Assembly: GCA_963844715.1 (NCBI GenBank)
Contig: CAWJPJ010000007.1
Span: 480,001-544,000, forward strand
Direction of reading: 5' to 3'
Source: an uncultured Phycisphaerales bacterium
Lineage (GTDB): Bacteria > Planctomycetota > Phycisphaerae > Tepidisphaerales > Tepidisphaeraceae
Length of the DNA: 64,000 bases
Position numbers and translations under genes: made by a program. Position 1 is the stretch's first letter. Every line of letters starts with the position of its first letter. Shown in pieces: positions 34,262-43,675 of the stretch. The notes under the pieces were generated by a model. It worked only from the letters and a program-made list of their open reading frames with translations. It ran no database searches and had not been told where the DNA came from.

Positions 34262-34567
34262 TCAGGTGTTCATGCCGTCGATGGTCGGGGGGATCTTGGT
34301 GATCTTGATGGTCTGATGGGCCGTCGAGCTGCTGAGGGACGTGTGGTGGTGCCTGCGGGAGGTCAGGGACGAGTGGCCACGGGTCTTATGGCTCAAGCGG
34401 TGATGGTGACGATGCGACATGGCGAGCGTCACATGCCTGTGATGCAGGCGCGACAGCGTGCGATGGTGGTGCTTGATTGTCGAGGTGTTGGCGGCGGCGA
34501 CGGTGGAAGCGGCGGGAACGGCCAGCAGGACGGCGACCGCCCACTTCACTAGGGATGACCTGATCAT
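34262..34567 (-). CDS. secreted His/Arg/Ser-rich small protein
   Basis: AAGGAG RBS, Sec signal peptide (AVAVLLAVPAASTVAAA), 16 His in the mature part. Confidence 0.8.
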   Translation of the reverse strand: MIRSSLVKWAVAVLLAVPAASTVAAANTSTIKHHHRTLSRLHHRHVTLAMSHRHHHRLSHKTRGHSSLTSRRHHHTSLSSSTAHQTIKITKIPPTIDGMNT

Positions 34568-34682
34568 GTTTATCTCCTTGGGAACAACTGATCCCGCGCG
34601 ACACCGCCCGGGCTATGGGGTTTATCGGACCGCGTGCTGATTGGGGGTGAATTTTTTTGGGGGGGCGTTAACGGGGGGGGAT

Positions 34683-34712
34683 GAACGCGGTGCTGCGCAC
34701 CGCCGCTAAATG
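34683..34712. repeat. REP-like palindromic repeat, copy 2
   Basis: 30/30 identical to 11719-11748. Confidence 0.85.
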
Positions 34713-34742
34713 TGGGGTGGGGATGGGGAAGCGGAGGAGGGG

Positions 34743-36712
34743 TTATTCTTCTTCCATGAGGGTTTCGCGGACGACTTCTTCGATGGTGGTGACGCCGTCG
34801 TAGATGGCCAATAGTCCGCATTGGCGCAGGGTGCGCATGCCGCGTTTTTTGGCTTCGTTGCGGAGGACCTGGGTGCTGGCGTGCTGGACGATCATGTCGC
34901 GGATGTCGTCGTCGATCATCATGATCTCGTACACGCCCATTCGGCCGCGATAGCCGGTGTTGTTGCAGTTGCTGCATCCCTTGCCGTAGTAGAACGTCTT
35001 TCCGGCCACGTCCTCGGGGCGAAGCTCGAGTTCCATGAGCTGCTCCTGCGAGGGGGAGAATTCGGTTTTGCAGTTGAGGCAGATTTTTCTGACCAGTCTC
35101 TGGGCGACGATGCCTTCGATGGTGGCGGTGACGAGGAACGGCTCGAGGCCAAGATCGAGCAAGCGGGCGATGCAGCTTGGGGCGTCGTTGGTGTGGAGGG
35201 TGCTGAAAACCAGATGGCCGGTGAGGGAAGCCTGGACGGCGATTTCGGCGGTTTCCTTGTCGCGGATTTCGCCGACGAGGATGGTGTCGGGGTCCTGACG
35301 CAACATGGCGCGGAGGATTCTGGCGAAGGTCAATTCGATATCGGGCTTGATCTGGCACTGGATGACGCCGTCGATGTCGTATTCGACCGGGTCTTCGGCG
35401 GTGATGAGCTTGGTGCTGACGTCGTTCAATTCTCGCAGCGCCGAGTAGAGCGTGGTCGTTTTACCGGAGCCGGTCGGGCCGGTGACGATGACGATGCCGT
35501 TGGGTTTGCGGATGAGCTGGCGGAGGACGGAGAGGTCGTCTTCGCGCAGGCCGATTTTGTCGAGATCGAGGCTGACGTTGGCGCGGTCGAGGACGCGCAT
35601 GACGACGCTCTCGCCGAACATGGTGGGCAGAACGCTGACGCGGAGGTCGATCGGCTGGTTGTTGACGGATAGCTCGATGCGGCCGTCCTGGGGAAGACGG
35701 CGCTCGGCGATGTCGAGATTGGCCATGACCTTGATGCGGCTGCTGATCGCGGGGGCGATATGCGAGGGCGGGGGCATCATTTCGTAGAGCACGCCGTCGA
35801 TTCGATAGCGCATCTTGAATTCGCCCTCGAAGGGCTCGAAGTGAATGTCGGACGCCTTGTCCTTGATTGCCTGCAGGAGGACGAGGTTGATCAATTTTCG
35901 AACCGGATTGGAGTTGGCGGCCTCGGAGAGGCTGTCCATATCGATGGACTCGCCGCGATTTTTCAGGCCCTGGAGCGTGTCGTCCTGCGCCATTTCGCCG
36001 AGGACTTCGCCGAGGCCTTCGGTGCTGGTCTGATAGTGCTTGGCGATGAGCTTTTCGAGTTGTTCGGTGTCGGTGGCGATTTTGGCGCTGACCTGGTAAC
36101 CGAAAAGGGATCGCAGATCGTCCAGGGCGCGGAAGTTTTCATGGGACGCCATCGCCACGGTGAGGTGTTTGGTCGCGGCATCAAACTTGATGGGGAGCAC
36201 CTTGTTGCTGGTGGCGAATTCCGCTTTGACGGCGGCGATGGTTGCGGGCTCGATGTCGAGACCTTCAAGAACGACCAGTTCAAAACCCTGCTGAGCGGCG
36301 AGGGCGATGTTGAGATCGGCTTCCTTGATGAAGCCCATGTCGATGAGGATTCGTCCGAGCGCGCCGCCTTTTTGCTTTTGATAGTTGAGGCCCTCGGTGT
36401 ACTGCTCGCGGGTGACGCGGCCCATTTTTGGAGGACGCGACCCAGCGGGCGGCCCTTGAGTTCGCTGATGGGGGGCAATCCGCGCGAAGCGGGATCGGGA
36501 GCGGGCGGCGGGGGCGGCGACGGGGTTACCGGGGGAGGAGTTTTCGGCGGCGAGGCGCCGTTTCCGCCGGCTTTTGGCTGCGCGGAGCCGGGCGTGGGAA
36601 TCCGCGTGATCGGGACCGATGCCGGCGGCCTGCGAAGAGGCTGCCCGTGGCCCGGCGGGTGCGGCCCCGATCCTCCCGGGGGGTTTGGCTGATTTGGAAG
36701 GGCCTGTGACAT
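34743..36712 (-). CDS. pilB: PilB/GspE-family assembly ATPase (frameshift ~36428)
   Basis: ASDIHFEP, LPQDGRI, TGPTGSGKTTTLY, AEDPVEY, STLHTNDAP, Cys4 motif; MshEN-like LGRxL repeats; Pro-rich N-terminus. Confidence 0.92.
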
Positions 36713-36736
36713 TGCCGAGTCCTCTCTCCCGATAGT

Positions 36737-38016
36737 TTATCGTTTAGCGTTCAGCGCCTGCATGCGGGCGCGATTGGCTTCCATTTGGGCGCGACGTTCG
36801 GCCTCGCTGGCGCCGGGCGCGGCGCCTCCGCCGGGCAGGCCCGGCGGCTTGGGCCGCGCGGGATTCGCGCCGCCGGCTTCCGCGTCCGGCGATTCTTCCG
36901 GGGGGCCTCCGACGCCCATTTCGTCGGCGAGCTTGCCCATGTCGACGCCGGGCGCTCGAAACGGTCCATCATCTGGCTGGCGACTTTGCTCTTGTCGACG
37001 GCCTCTTCAGCGCTGATCTTTCCAGCTTGATAGAGCGTATAGAGGGAGTCGTCCAGAAGGAGCATACCGTATTTCTTGCCGGTTTGGATTTCGGAGTCGA
37101 TGCGGAAGACCTTATTTTCGCGAATCAGGTTCTGAATGCCGGGGGTGACGAACATGAACTCATAGGCGGCGACGCGGCCTTCGACGTCGACCCGGGGGCA
37201 AAGAGCCTGCGAGAGCACGGCGATCAGGTTGTTGGCGAGCTGAACGCGAATCTGTTCCTGCTGATCGGTGGGGAAGGCGTCGATAACGCGATTGATCGTG
37301 CTGGCGGCGCCGCTGGTGTGGAGCGTGCCGAAGACGAGGTGTCCGGTTTCAGCCGAGGTGATGGCAGCGGAGATCGTCGCCAGGTCGCGCATTTCGCCGA
37401 CCAGCATGACGTCGGGGTCCTGGCGGAGAGCGCGGCGGAGGGCCTCGGCGAAGTTCGCCACGTCCACGCCCACTTCGCGCTGCACGACCAGCGATTTCTT
37501 GTGGTTGTGGTAATACTCGATGGGGTCTTCCATCGTGATGATGTGGCGGTCGTAGTTCTCGTTGATGTAATTGATCATGGTGGCCAGCGTGGTGGTCTTC
37601 CCCGAGCCGGTGGGGCCGGTAACGAGGAAGATTCCGCGCGGGCGGCGGCAGATCTGGCGGACGACGTCGGGCAGGCCGATCTCCTCAAAGCTCATCAGTT
37701 TGTTGGGAATTCTGCGAAGCACGAGGCTGGTGACGCCTTTTTGCTTGAAGACGGAGACGCGGAATCGCGCCTCGGTGCCGAAGGCGAAACCGAAGTCGCC
37801 GCTGCCGGTTTCCTCGAATTCCTGCTGGATTCGCTCCGGGGTGATGGACTTCATCAAGGCCATGGTGTCTTCGGGCTCGAGGACCTTGGTTTGAAGGTCT
37901 CGAAGATGCCCGTGAAGACGCAGGACGGGCGGCTTTCCGACGGCGAGGTGCAAGTCGGACGCTCCGCGGCGCACGCAGGTTTCCAACAACCGATCGATTT
38001 GAATAGTCGAAGCCAT
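36737..38016 (-). CDS. pilT: type IV pilus retraction ATPase (frameshift near C-terminus)
   Basis: GASDLHL, TGPTGSGKTTTLA, EDPIEY, ALRQDPDV, ETGHLVFGTLHT, IQNLIRENK. Confidence 0.95.
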
Positions 38017-38035
38017 AAACTACCAAGACTCCACG

Positions 38036-39832
38036 CTACGAAGACTGAACGATTCCCTCGATCTGAGCGACTTTGACGACTTCCTCGGCCGTGGTGGTTC
38101 CGGCGAGGACTTTGAGGCGTCCGTCGGCGAGCAGGCTCTTCATGCCGCCGGCGAGGGCGGCTTTGCGAATTTTGTTGGTCGGGGCGCGCTCGAAAGCGAG
38201 GGTTCGCAATTCGGAGTTCATGATCATCATTTCGAAGACGCCGATGCGTCCGCGGAAGCCGGTGCCGGAGCAGTAGTCGCAGCCGCGCGGTTTGTAGACG
38301 TTTCGCTCGGTTAGATCCTGGGGGCGGATTCCGGCGAGCTTGAGCCACATGGGGTCGGGGTCCTTGTCGGGCTGTTTGCACTTGGGGCACAGGGCGCGGA
38401 TCAGGCGCTGGGCCATGACGGCCTGAATGCTGCTGGCGACGAGGAACGGCTTGATGCCCATGTCGATGAGGCGGGTAATGGCGCCGGGAGCGTCATTGGT
38501 GTGGAGCGTGCTGAAGACCAGGTGGCCGGTGAGGGCGGCCTGAATGGCGACTTCGGCGACTTCCTTATCGCGGATTTCGCCGACCAGGATGATGTTGGGC
38601 GCCTGGCGCAACATCGAGCGAAGAATCTTGGCGAAAGTAAGGCCGATGTTCTCGCGGATCTGGCACTGATTGATTCCGACGAAGTTGTATTCGACGGGGT
38701 CCTCGGCGGTGATGATTTTGCGGTCCGGGCGGTTGAGTTCGTTGAGGGCGCCGTAAAGCGTGGTGGTTTTTCCGGAGCCGGTGGGGCCGGTGACGAGGAA
38801 GATGCCGTTGGGGCGTTTGATGATTTTCTGGAAGATTTTGTAGTCGTCTTCCTCGAAGCCGAGGTTTTGGATGCCGATGCGGACGCTGTCGGGGCGAAGA
38901 ATACGAAGGACGACGGACTCGCCGTGGTAGGCGGGGAGCGTGCTGACGCGGAAGTCGATATTGACCTTGTCGACCATGAGCTTGATGCGGCCGTCCTGGG
39001 GGAGGCGCTTTTCGGCGATATCGATGCCGGCCATGATTTTCAGCCGGCTGATGAGGGGGCCTTTCATGCGCAGGGGGATGCGGTCTCTTTCGACGCATTC
39101 GCCGTCAATCCGGTAGCGCAGGCGAACGCGATCCTTCATCGGCTCGACGTGGATATCGCTGGCTCGATTGCGGACCGCTTCGCTGATCATGGAATGAACC
39201 AGCTTGATGATCGGCGCCTGGGTCGCGTCGGAGCCGCCGGGGCCCTCTTCGCCGGCGGCGAGGTCGATGGAACGGTCGATCGAGCGGTCCATCGACTTGT
39301 CGAGGGATTTATCGAGCGACTTGTCCAGGGATTTGTCGAGCGAGTCGCGCAGGCGATCGATGGTGCGGTCCATCGTCTTGTCGATGGTGTTCGAGGCGGT
39401 GGTGTTGAATAACTGATCGAGCACCGATTTGATGCGGCCTTTGGGGGCGAGTACGGTGCGGAAATCCTTGTTCAGGCGGAAGCGGAGGATTTCGAGCATC
39501 TCCAGATCGAGCGGATCGTGGATGGCCAGGCGAAGTTTCCCGCCCTCGTTCCCCAGGGGGAGGACGAGGTATTTTTTCATGATTTCGTCGGGGATGAGCG
39601 TCGCGGCGTTGGGGGGGACGGCGCTCTTTTCCAAATCGATGTACTCCATATTGTGCTGCTGGGCGAGGGCTTTGTAGACGTTGGACTCGCTGCACAATTT
39701 GAGATCGACGAGGGCTTCGCCGATGCGCTGCTTGCTGGTTTTGGCGTGTTCGAGGGCTTTATTGACCTCCTGGGCGGAGATGATTCCCCAGTCAACCAGA
39801 ATTTCCCCCAGTCTTTTCTGTTGCTTGGCCAT
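38036..39832 (-). CDS. pilB: second PilB/GspE-family ATPase with MshEN-like N-terminus
   Basis: KRLGEILVDWGII...RIGEALV, ASDIHVEP, Walker A/B, STLHTNDAP, CPKC...CDYC. Confidence 0.92.
   Translation of the reverse strand: MAKQQKRLGEILVDWGIISAQEVNKALEHAKTSKQRIGEALVDLKLCSESNVYKALAQQHNMEYIDLEKSAVPPNAATLIPDEIMKKYLVLPLGNEGGKLRLAIHDPLDLEMLEILRFRLNKDFRTVLAPKGRIKSVLDQLFNTTASNTIDKTMDRTIDRLRDSLDKSLDKSLDKSLDKSMDRSIDRSIDLAAGEEGPGGSDATQAPIIKLVHSMISEAVRNRASDIHVEPMKDRVRLRYRIDGECVERDRIPLRMKGPLISRLKIMAGIDIAEKRLPQDGRIKLMVDKVNIDFRVSTLPAYHGESVVLRILRPDSVRIGIQNLGFEEDDYKIFQKIIKRPNGIFLVTGPTGSGKTTTLYGALNELNRPDRKIITAEDPVEYNFVGINQCQIRENIGLTFAKILRSMLRQAPNIILVGEIRDKEVAEVAIQAALTGHLVFSTLHTNDAPGAITRLIDMGIKPFLVASSIQAVMAQRLIRALCPKCKQPDKDPDPMWLKLAGIRPQDLTERNVYKPRGCDYCSGTGFRGRIGVFEMMIMNSELRTLAFERAPTNKIRKAALAGGMKSLLADGRLKVLAGTTTAEEVVKVAQIEGIVQSS
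39264..39388 (-). repeat. in-frame 12-bp degenerate repeat encoding (S/T)(L/I/M)D(K/R)
   Basis: TIDK TMDR TIDR LRD SLDK SLDK SLDK SMDR SIDR SID-like tract inside PilB. Confidence 0.85.
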
Positions 39833-40111
39833 GAAGTTAACCTCGATTGCAGCCGCCTGGGCCGCACTCCGCCGCGGGGTATGCCAAACCATTCTATGCC
39901 GCGATTTGGCCCTTGTTAGTTGTACTGATATTCATGCGGTAGGGTTCGCGGGGCAGTTCGGTAATAGATGGCAATTAAGGAGCTTATCCAAGGACGCCAA
40001 AGGGCGATTTTACCTTATCGGGGGGCTGAATCACAAGAAGAAAGGGCGGGGGTTTTTGCGGGATTTTCGGGGATTTGCCAAGGGAGGCCGGGTCGGCTAT
40101 ATGACGCCAAA

Positions 40112-40697
40112 ATGCCCAGGCTCAAAGCTCCGCAGAGACGTCAACAGTTAATGGGGGTGGCAACCAAGCTGTTCGCGAAATGGGGGTATAACGCGACCAC
40201 GACGGCGGCGATCGCCGATGCCGCCGGCGTGACCGAGCCGATCCTCTATCGTCACTTTTCCAACAAGCAGGATCTGTTCGTCGCCATCACGCGAGCGATG
40301 AGCGAGCAGACGCTGCAATACTGGCGGCAGATGATCGAGGGGGCAGCCGGGCGCGACGGAAAAAATCCGGGCGATCGCCAGGGGATTTCCGGCCCATATC
40401 CGCAAGCTGGAAGACGCGTACCACGTTCTGCACGGCGCGCTGGTGACCAGCCGGGACCGGAAAGTGCTGGCGGTCATCCGGGAACACTATTCGGAGATCG
40501 AAAAATTTTTCAGCGCGATCATCTCGCAGGGCCAGTCAGCGGGGGAATTCCGGCGCGACATGGATCCGAGAATTCCGACCTGGGAATTAATTAATCTGGG
40601 AATCGGATACGCGATGATCACGCTCAATCTGCATCAGGTCGAACATTTTTCGGTGGAAGACGGGATTGATCACATCTTGAGGGGATTGAAAGCTTGA
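40112..40697 (+). CDS. TetR/AcrR-family regulator (frameshift ~40345)
   Basis: ATKLFAKWGYNATTTAAIADAAGVTEPILYRHFSNKQDL. Confidence 0.92.
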
Positions 40698-40703
40698 TGA
40701 GGA

Positions 40704-40786
40704 AATGCTGATTGGTGATTGGTGAATGATGAATTGAAGAGGTGGGAACGGCCGCAATTCAATTCAGCACTCAGCATTCATCATTC
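40704..40786. repeat. heptamer tandem-repeat hairpin
   Basis: aatgctg attggtg attggtg aatgatg aattgaa ... ttcaatt cagcact cagcatt catcatt. Confidence 0.8.
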
Positions 40787-40799
40787 GGAATTTGCCCCT

Positions 40800-41368
40800 A
40801 TAAAGCCAGAAGGCCCACGAAGTGACTCGCGACGTCACCGCGTGGGCCAGCCGTGTGTTTCCACCTGGCGCTCTGGTTCGGACCGATTTTTTCGGCAACC
40901 TGCTCCCGGGCCTGGGCCCGCCTCGATCCAATCAGCATGAACCAACAGTTGCCTGAAGATTCACACAGACGGTAGGTCGCGGCTGTATCCGCCGCGACCG
41001 CGCGCCCAACAGGGCGGCATGGCGGTTTCCCGACTGGATGGCCGTGGGCTTCGCTGTCCCGAGCCCGTTCCTAGGATCGCAGTCCCGTCGCACCCCGTTA
41101 CCAGAGCGCTGAGGACAAGCTGGGCTCGATCCGCCGGAGGTCGGGGGACTCTCTCCCCGCGGTTCGGCGGATCACAGGCGGCGACTCTAACCCGGATTGC
41201 CGCAGGCGTTTTTACGCCGAGCGTTTACGGGTGGCCTCATCGCTGGCCGCCGACTTTCGCCGTGCCCGCATTTGAGTTTGCTTTGCACGGTCTTCGCGTT
41301 AGAAAGTCGGACTTTTACGTCAGGAGCGTTTTCCTTTTTCGCCGGTCACTTCCGTGCCCGACGACGTG
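40800..41368 (-). ncRNA. candidate large structured non-coding RNA (~570 nt), family not recognised
   Basis: Back-to-back stems across the whole interval, four GNRA-capped hairpins on the minus strand, TATATT -10 box at 41378-41373, terminal hairpin at 40812-40848; no credible ORF. Confidence 0.65.
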
Positions 41369-41539
41369 GGGAAATATATCGCGGCAAACAAAAAAATCGG
41401 AGAATTATCGACAGCTAAAAATTACTTATCCACCGGAGCGCGCAAATGCTTTGGGGACAAGCGAAATCGCGGTGCATAAACCGGTGGATAATCTGATCCA
41501 CATGCCGCGGAAGAGGAAAAGATTGATACGATATCATGG

Positions 41540-42127
41540 ATGCAACTCTCTGATCGGGCGGCGGAAGTCCTTTTGAATATGGCCGGGGACCTGATTCGCC
41601 GGAGCCTGGCGCCGGCGGCCGTCGCGGCGGCGAATCCGCCGGTTTTTCCGGATGATCCGGAGCTGGTGCAGCCGGCGGGGTGTTTTGTGTCCCTGCACGA
41701 GAAGGCCGCGCACAATTTGCGTGGATGTATCGGGATTCTTGAAAGTGAAAAGCCGCTGCGCGAAACGCTGGCGGCCGCGGCGGATGGGGTTTTGAAAGAT
41801 CCGCGATTCGTGCATCAGCCGGTGACGTTCGAGGAGCTGGCTCGGCTGGAGATTGAAGTGACGGTGATTGGGCCGATGAAGCCGGCGGCGAGTCCGCTGG
41901 ATTTTGATCCTCGGGAGAATGGGATTTTTTTGACGCTTGCGGGTCGGTCCGGGTGTTTTTTGCCGCAGGTGGGGAGGGAGACGGGGTGGTCGCGGGAGCA
42001 GCTTTTGTCGCGGCTATGCACGGAGAAGATGGGGTTGACTGGGGATGCGTGGCGGCGCGGGGACGCGAATTTGCGGGTTTTTAATGCGGTGGTGATTGGG
42101 CCGCGTGCGCTTTCGAGTGAAATCTAA
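41540..42127 (+). CDS. AMMECR1-domain protein (AmmeMemoRadiSam system protein A)
   Basis: GCFVSLH, LRGCIG, DPRF, FLPQVGRETGW, LCTEKMG. Confidence 0.9.
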   Translation: MQLSDRAAEVLLNMAGDLIRRSLAPAAVAAANPPVFPDDPELVQPAGCFVSLHEKAAHNLRGCIGILESEKPLRETLAAAADGVLKDPRFVHQPVTFEELARLEIEVTVIGPMKPAASPLDFDPRENGIFLTLAGRSGCFLPQVGRETGWSREQLLSRLCTEKMGLTGDAWRRGDANLRVFNAVVIGPRALSSEI

Positions 42128-42170
42128 CGGCGTGCTGGCTTCGACAGGCGCAGCCCAGGACGCACGCCCG

Positions 42171-43607
42171 CTAAATAGGTTTGGTGGGGGCGTCGCCCAA
42201 AATGGGTAGCTGAACCTTTACGCTGCGATCTTGTCCATCATCCAATCCTGGCGCGGTTCCGATGAATTTCTGATCGATTTGTTTCACATTCCGGACGGGC
42301 AGGAAAGTGGCGGGCATCAGGTCCGGGGATTTTGGGCCGTCGTGGCGGTGGAGGACGTTGTAGTACTGATCGCGCTGGGCGGGGAACCAGCCGGCGTCGC
42401 GGATGAGGCGGCAGATTTCTCGCTCGCTGAGGCGGTAGGTTGTCCCGGCGGCACTGACGACGTTTTCCTCCATCATGACGCTGCCCATGTCGTTGGCCCC
42501 GAACATCATGGCCATCTGGCCGATCTTGGGGCCCATGGTGACCCAACTGCTTTGCAGGGAGGGGATGTTGTCGAGGAAGAGGCGGGCGATGGCGAGCATG
42601 CGCAGGTATTCGTCGGCGCCGGCCATGCGGACGACTCGGCCGCGGAGGATGTCGTCGTTGGTCGAGTCGTCGAAGGGGCCGTAGATGTCCGGGTCCCATT
42701 CGGCGGCGCGACCGAGGGGGGTGTTTTCACGTTGAAACGGCCAGTGGATGAACGCAGCGTAGCTGCCGGGATTATCGGGGATTTTGCCGTCGAATTCGGA
42801 TTTGGCGAAGACGCCCGGCCAGCGAGCTTTGATTCGTTCCACTTTGTCTGTTCGTCCCTGGGTCTGTTCGTCCCTTAGCGAGATCGCGTAATCCTGCATA
42901 TCGCGCACGGCCGCCATGTGCTCGATGCGCTCGCGGACGAATTCGATGTGCCCGATGAGCATGGTGGCGCTGCTGCTCATGCCTTCTTCGTGGGCGACGC
43001 GCATGACGCGGAGCCAGTCGTCGCCGGTGCATTTTCCCAGGCCGATTCGGCGGCGGACGCGCGGGGTGAAGATTTCGCCGCCCCCGCCGGGGATGGTATC
43101 GAGGCCGGCTTTGCGGAAGCGGCGGATGACCTGGCGGACGTCCATATTGAAGAACCGCTCGAACTCGATGAACTCGGGCGGCGAGAAGGCGTGAATGTGA
43201 ATGGTGGGGAAAGTGGTTTTGATGAAGCGGAGGAGATTTTCGTAGTACTCGATGGGGAGCTGGTCGTTCATGCCGCCTTGCATGAGGATTTGAGTGCCGC
43301 CGATGGAGACGAGTTCGGAGATTTTCTGGCCGATCTGGTCGTGGCCGAGGGTGTAGGCGTCGACGTCTTCGTGGTCGCGGCGGAAGGCGCAGAAGGTGCA
43401 GCGGGCGGTGCAGACGTTGGTGTAGTTGATGTTGCGGTCGATGACGTAGGTGCGGTAGTCCTCGGGGTGCATGCGGCGGGCGGCGGCGGATGCCCAGCTT
43501 CCAAGATCGTGGAGAGAGGCGGAATGGTAAAGCTCCAACGCCTCGGCCTCGGTGAGCCGCCGCTTCCCGGCGATGATTTCGTCGATGTTGAAGGAGAGCG
43601 GGGGCAC
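42171..43607 (-). CDS. mqnC: CofH/MqnC-family radical SAM enzyme (cyclic dehypoxanthine futalosine synthase-like)
   Basis: TYVIDRNINYTNVCTARCTFCAF, ILMQGG, IPGGGGEI, SATMLIGH, QSSWVTMG, GANDMGSVMMEENVVSAAG. Confidence 0.85.
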   Translation of the reverse strand: MPPLSFNIDEIIAGKRRLTEAEALELYHSASLHDLGSWASAAARRMHPEDYRTYVIDRNINYTNVCTARCTFCAFRRDHEDVDAYTLGHDQIGQKISELVSIGGTQILMQGGMNDQLPIEYYENLLRFIKTTFPTIHIHAFSPPEFIEFERFFNMDVRQVIRRFRKAGLDTIPGGGGEIFTPRVRRRIGLGKCTGDDWLRVMRVAHEEGMSSSATMLIGHIEFVRERIEHMAAVRDMQDYAISLRDEQTQGRTDKVERIKARWPGVFAKSEFDGKIPDNPGSYAAFIHWPFQRENTPLGRAAEWDPDIYGPFDDSTNDDILRGRVVRMAGADEYLRMLAIARLFLDNIPSLQSSWVTMGPKIGQMAMMFGANDMGSVMMEENVVSAAGTTYRLSEREICRLIRDAGWFPAQRDQYYNVLHRHDGPKSPDLMPATFLPVRNVKQIDQKFIGTAPGLDDGQDRSVKVQLPILGDAPTKPI

Positions 43608-43675
43608 GATGTGTGCAAAGTGTAGGGATCGTCGCGGCGGGTTCAAATCTTTCGCGAAAAGAGCCAATTTGCGGA

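Noticed and set aside
12001..39412. Long antisense ORFs (e.g. 12001-13803, 13885-15315, 19508-21088, 31000-32445, 37027-38076)
   Set aside because: Shadow frames of real genes in high-GC DNA with no recognisable motifs.
40800..41370. RNase P RNA, tmRNA, SRP RNA or group II intron identity for the large RNA
   Set aside because: Only partial resemblance (AAAGUCC). No GAGGAAAGUCC with ACAGAA-CCGGCUUA pair, no tRNA-like ends, no SRP CAGG-GGAAG-AGCA loop, no domain V.
41019..41576. 185-aa plus-strand ORF over the RNA candidate
   Set aside because: Arg/Pro/Ser-rich with no motifs, overlaps the AMMECR1 gene start, and the region is better explained by RNA structure.
41540..43607. Complete AmmeMemoRadiSam system
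   Set aside because: The neighbouring radical SAM gene is CofH/MqnC-type and convergent, and no MEMO gene is present.
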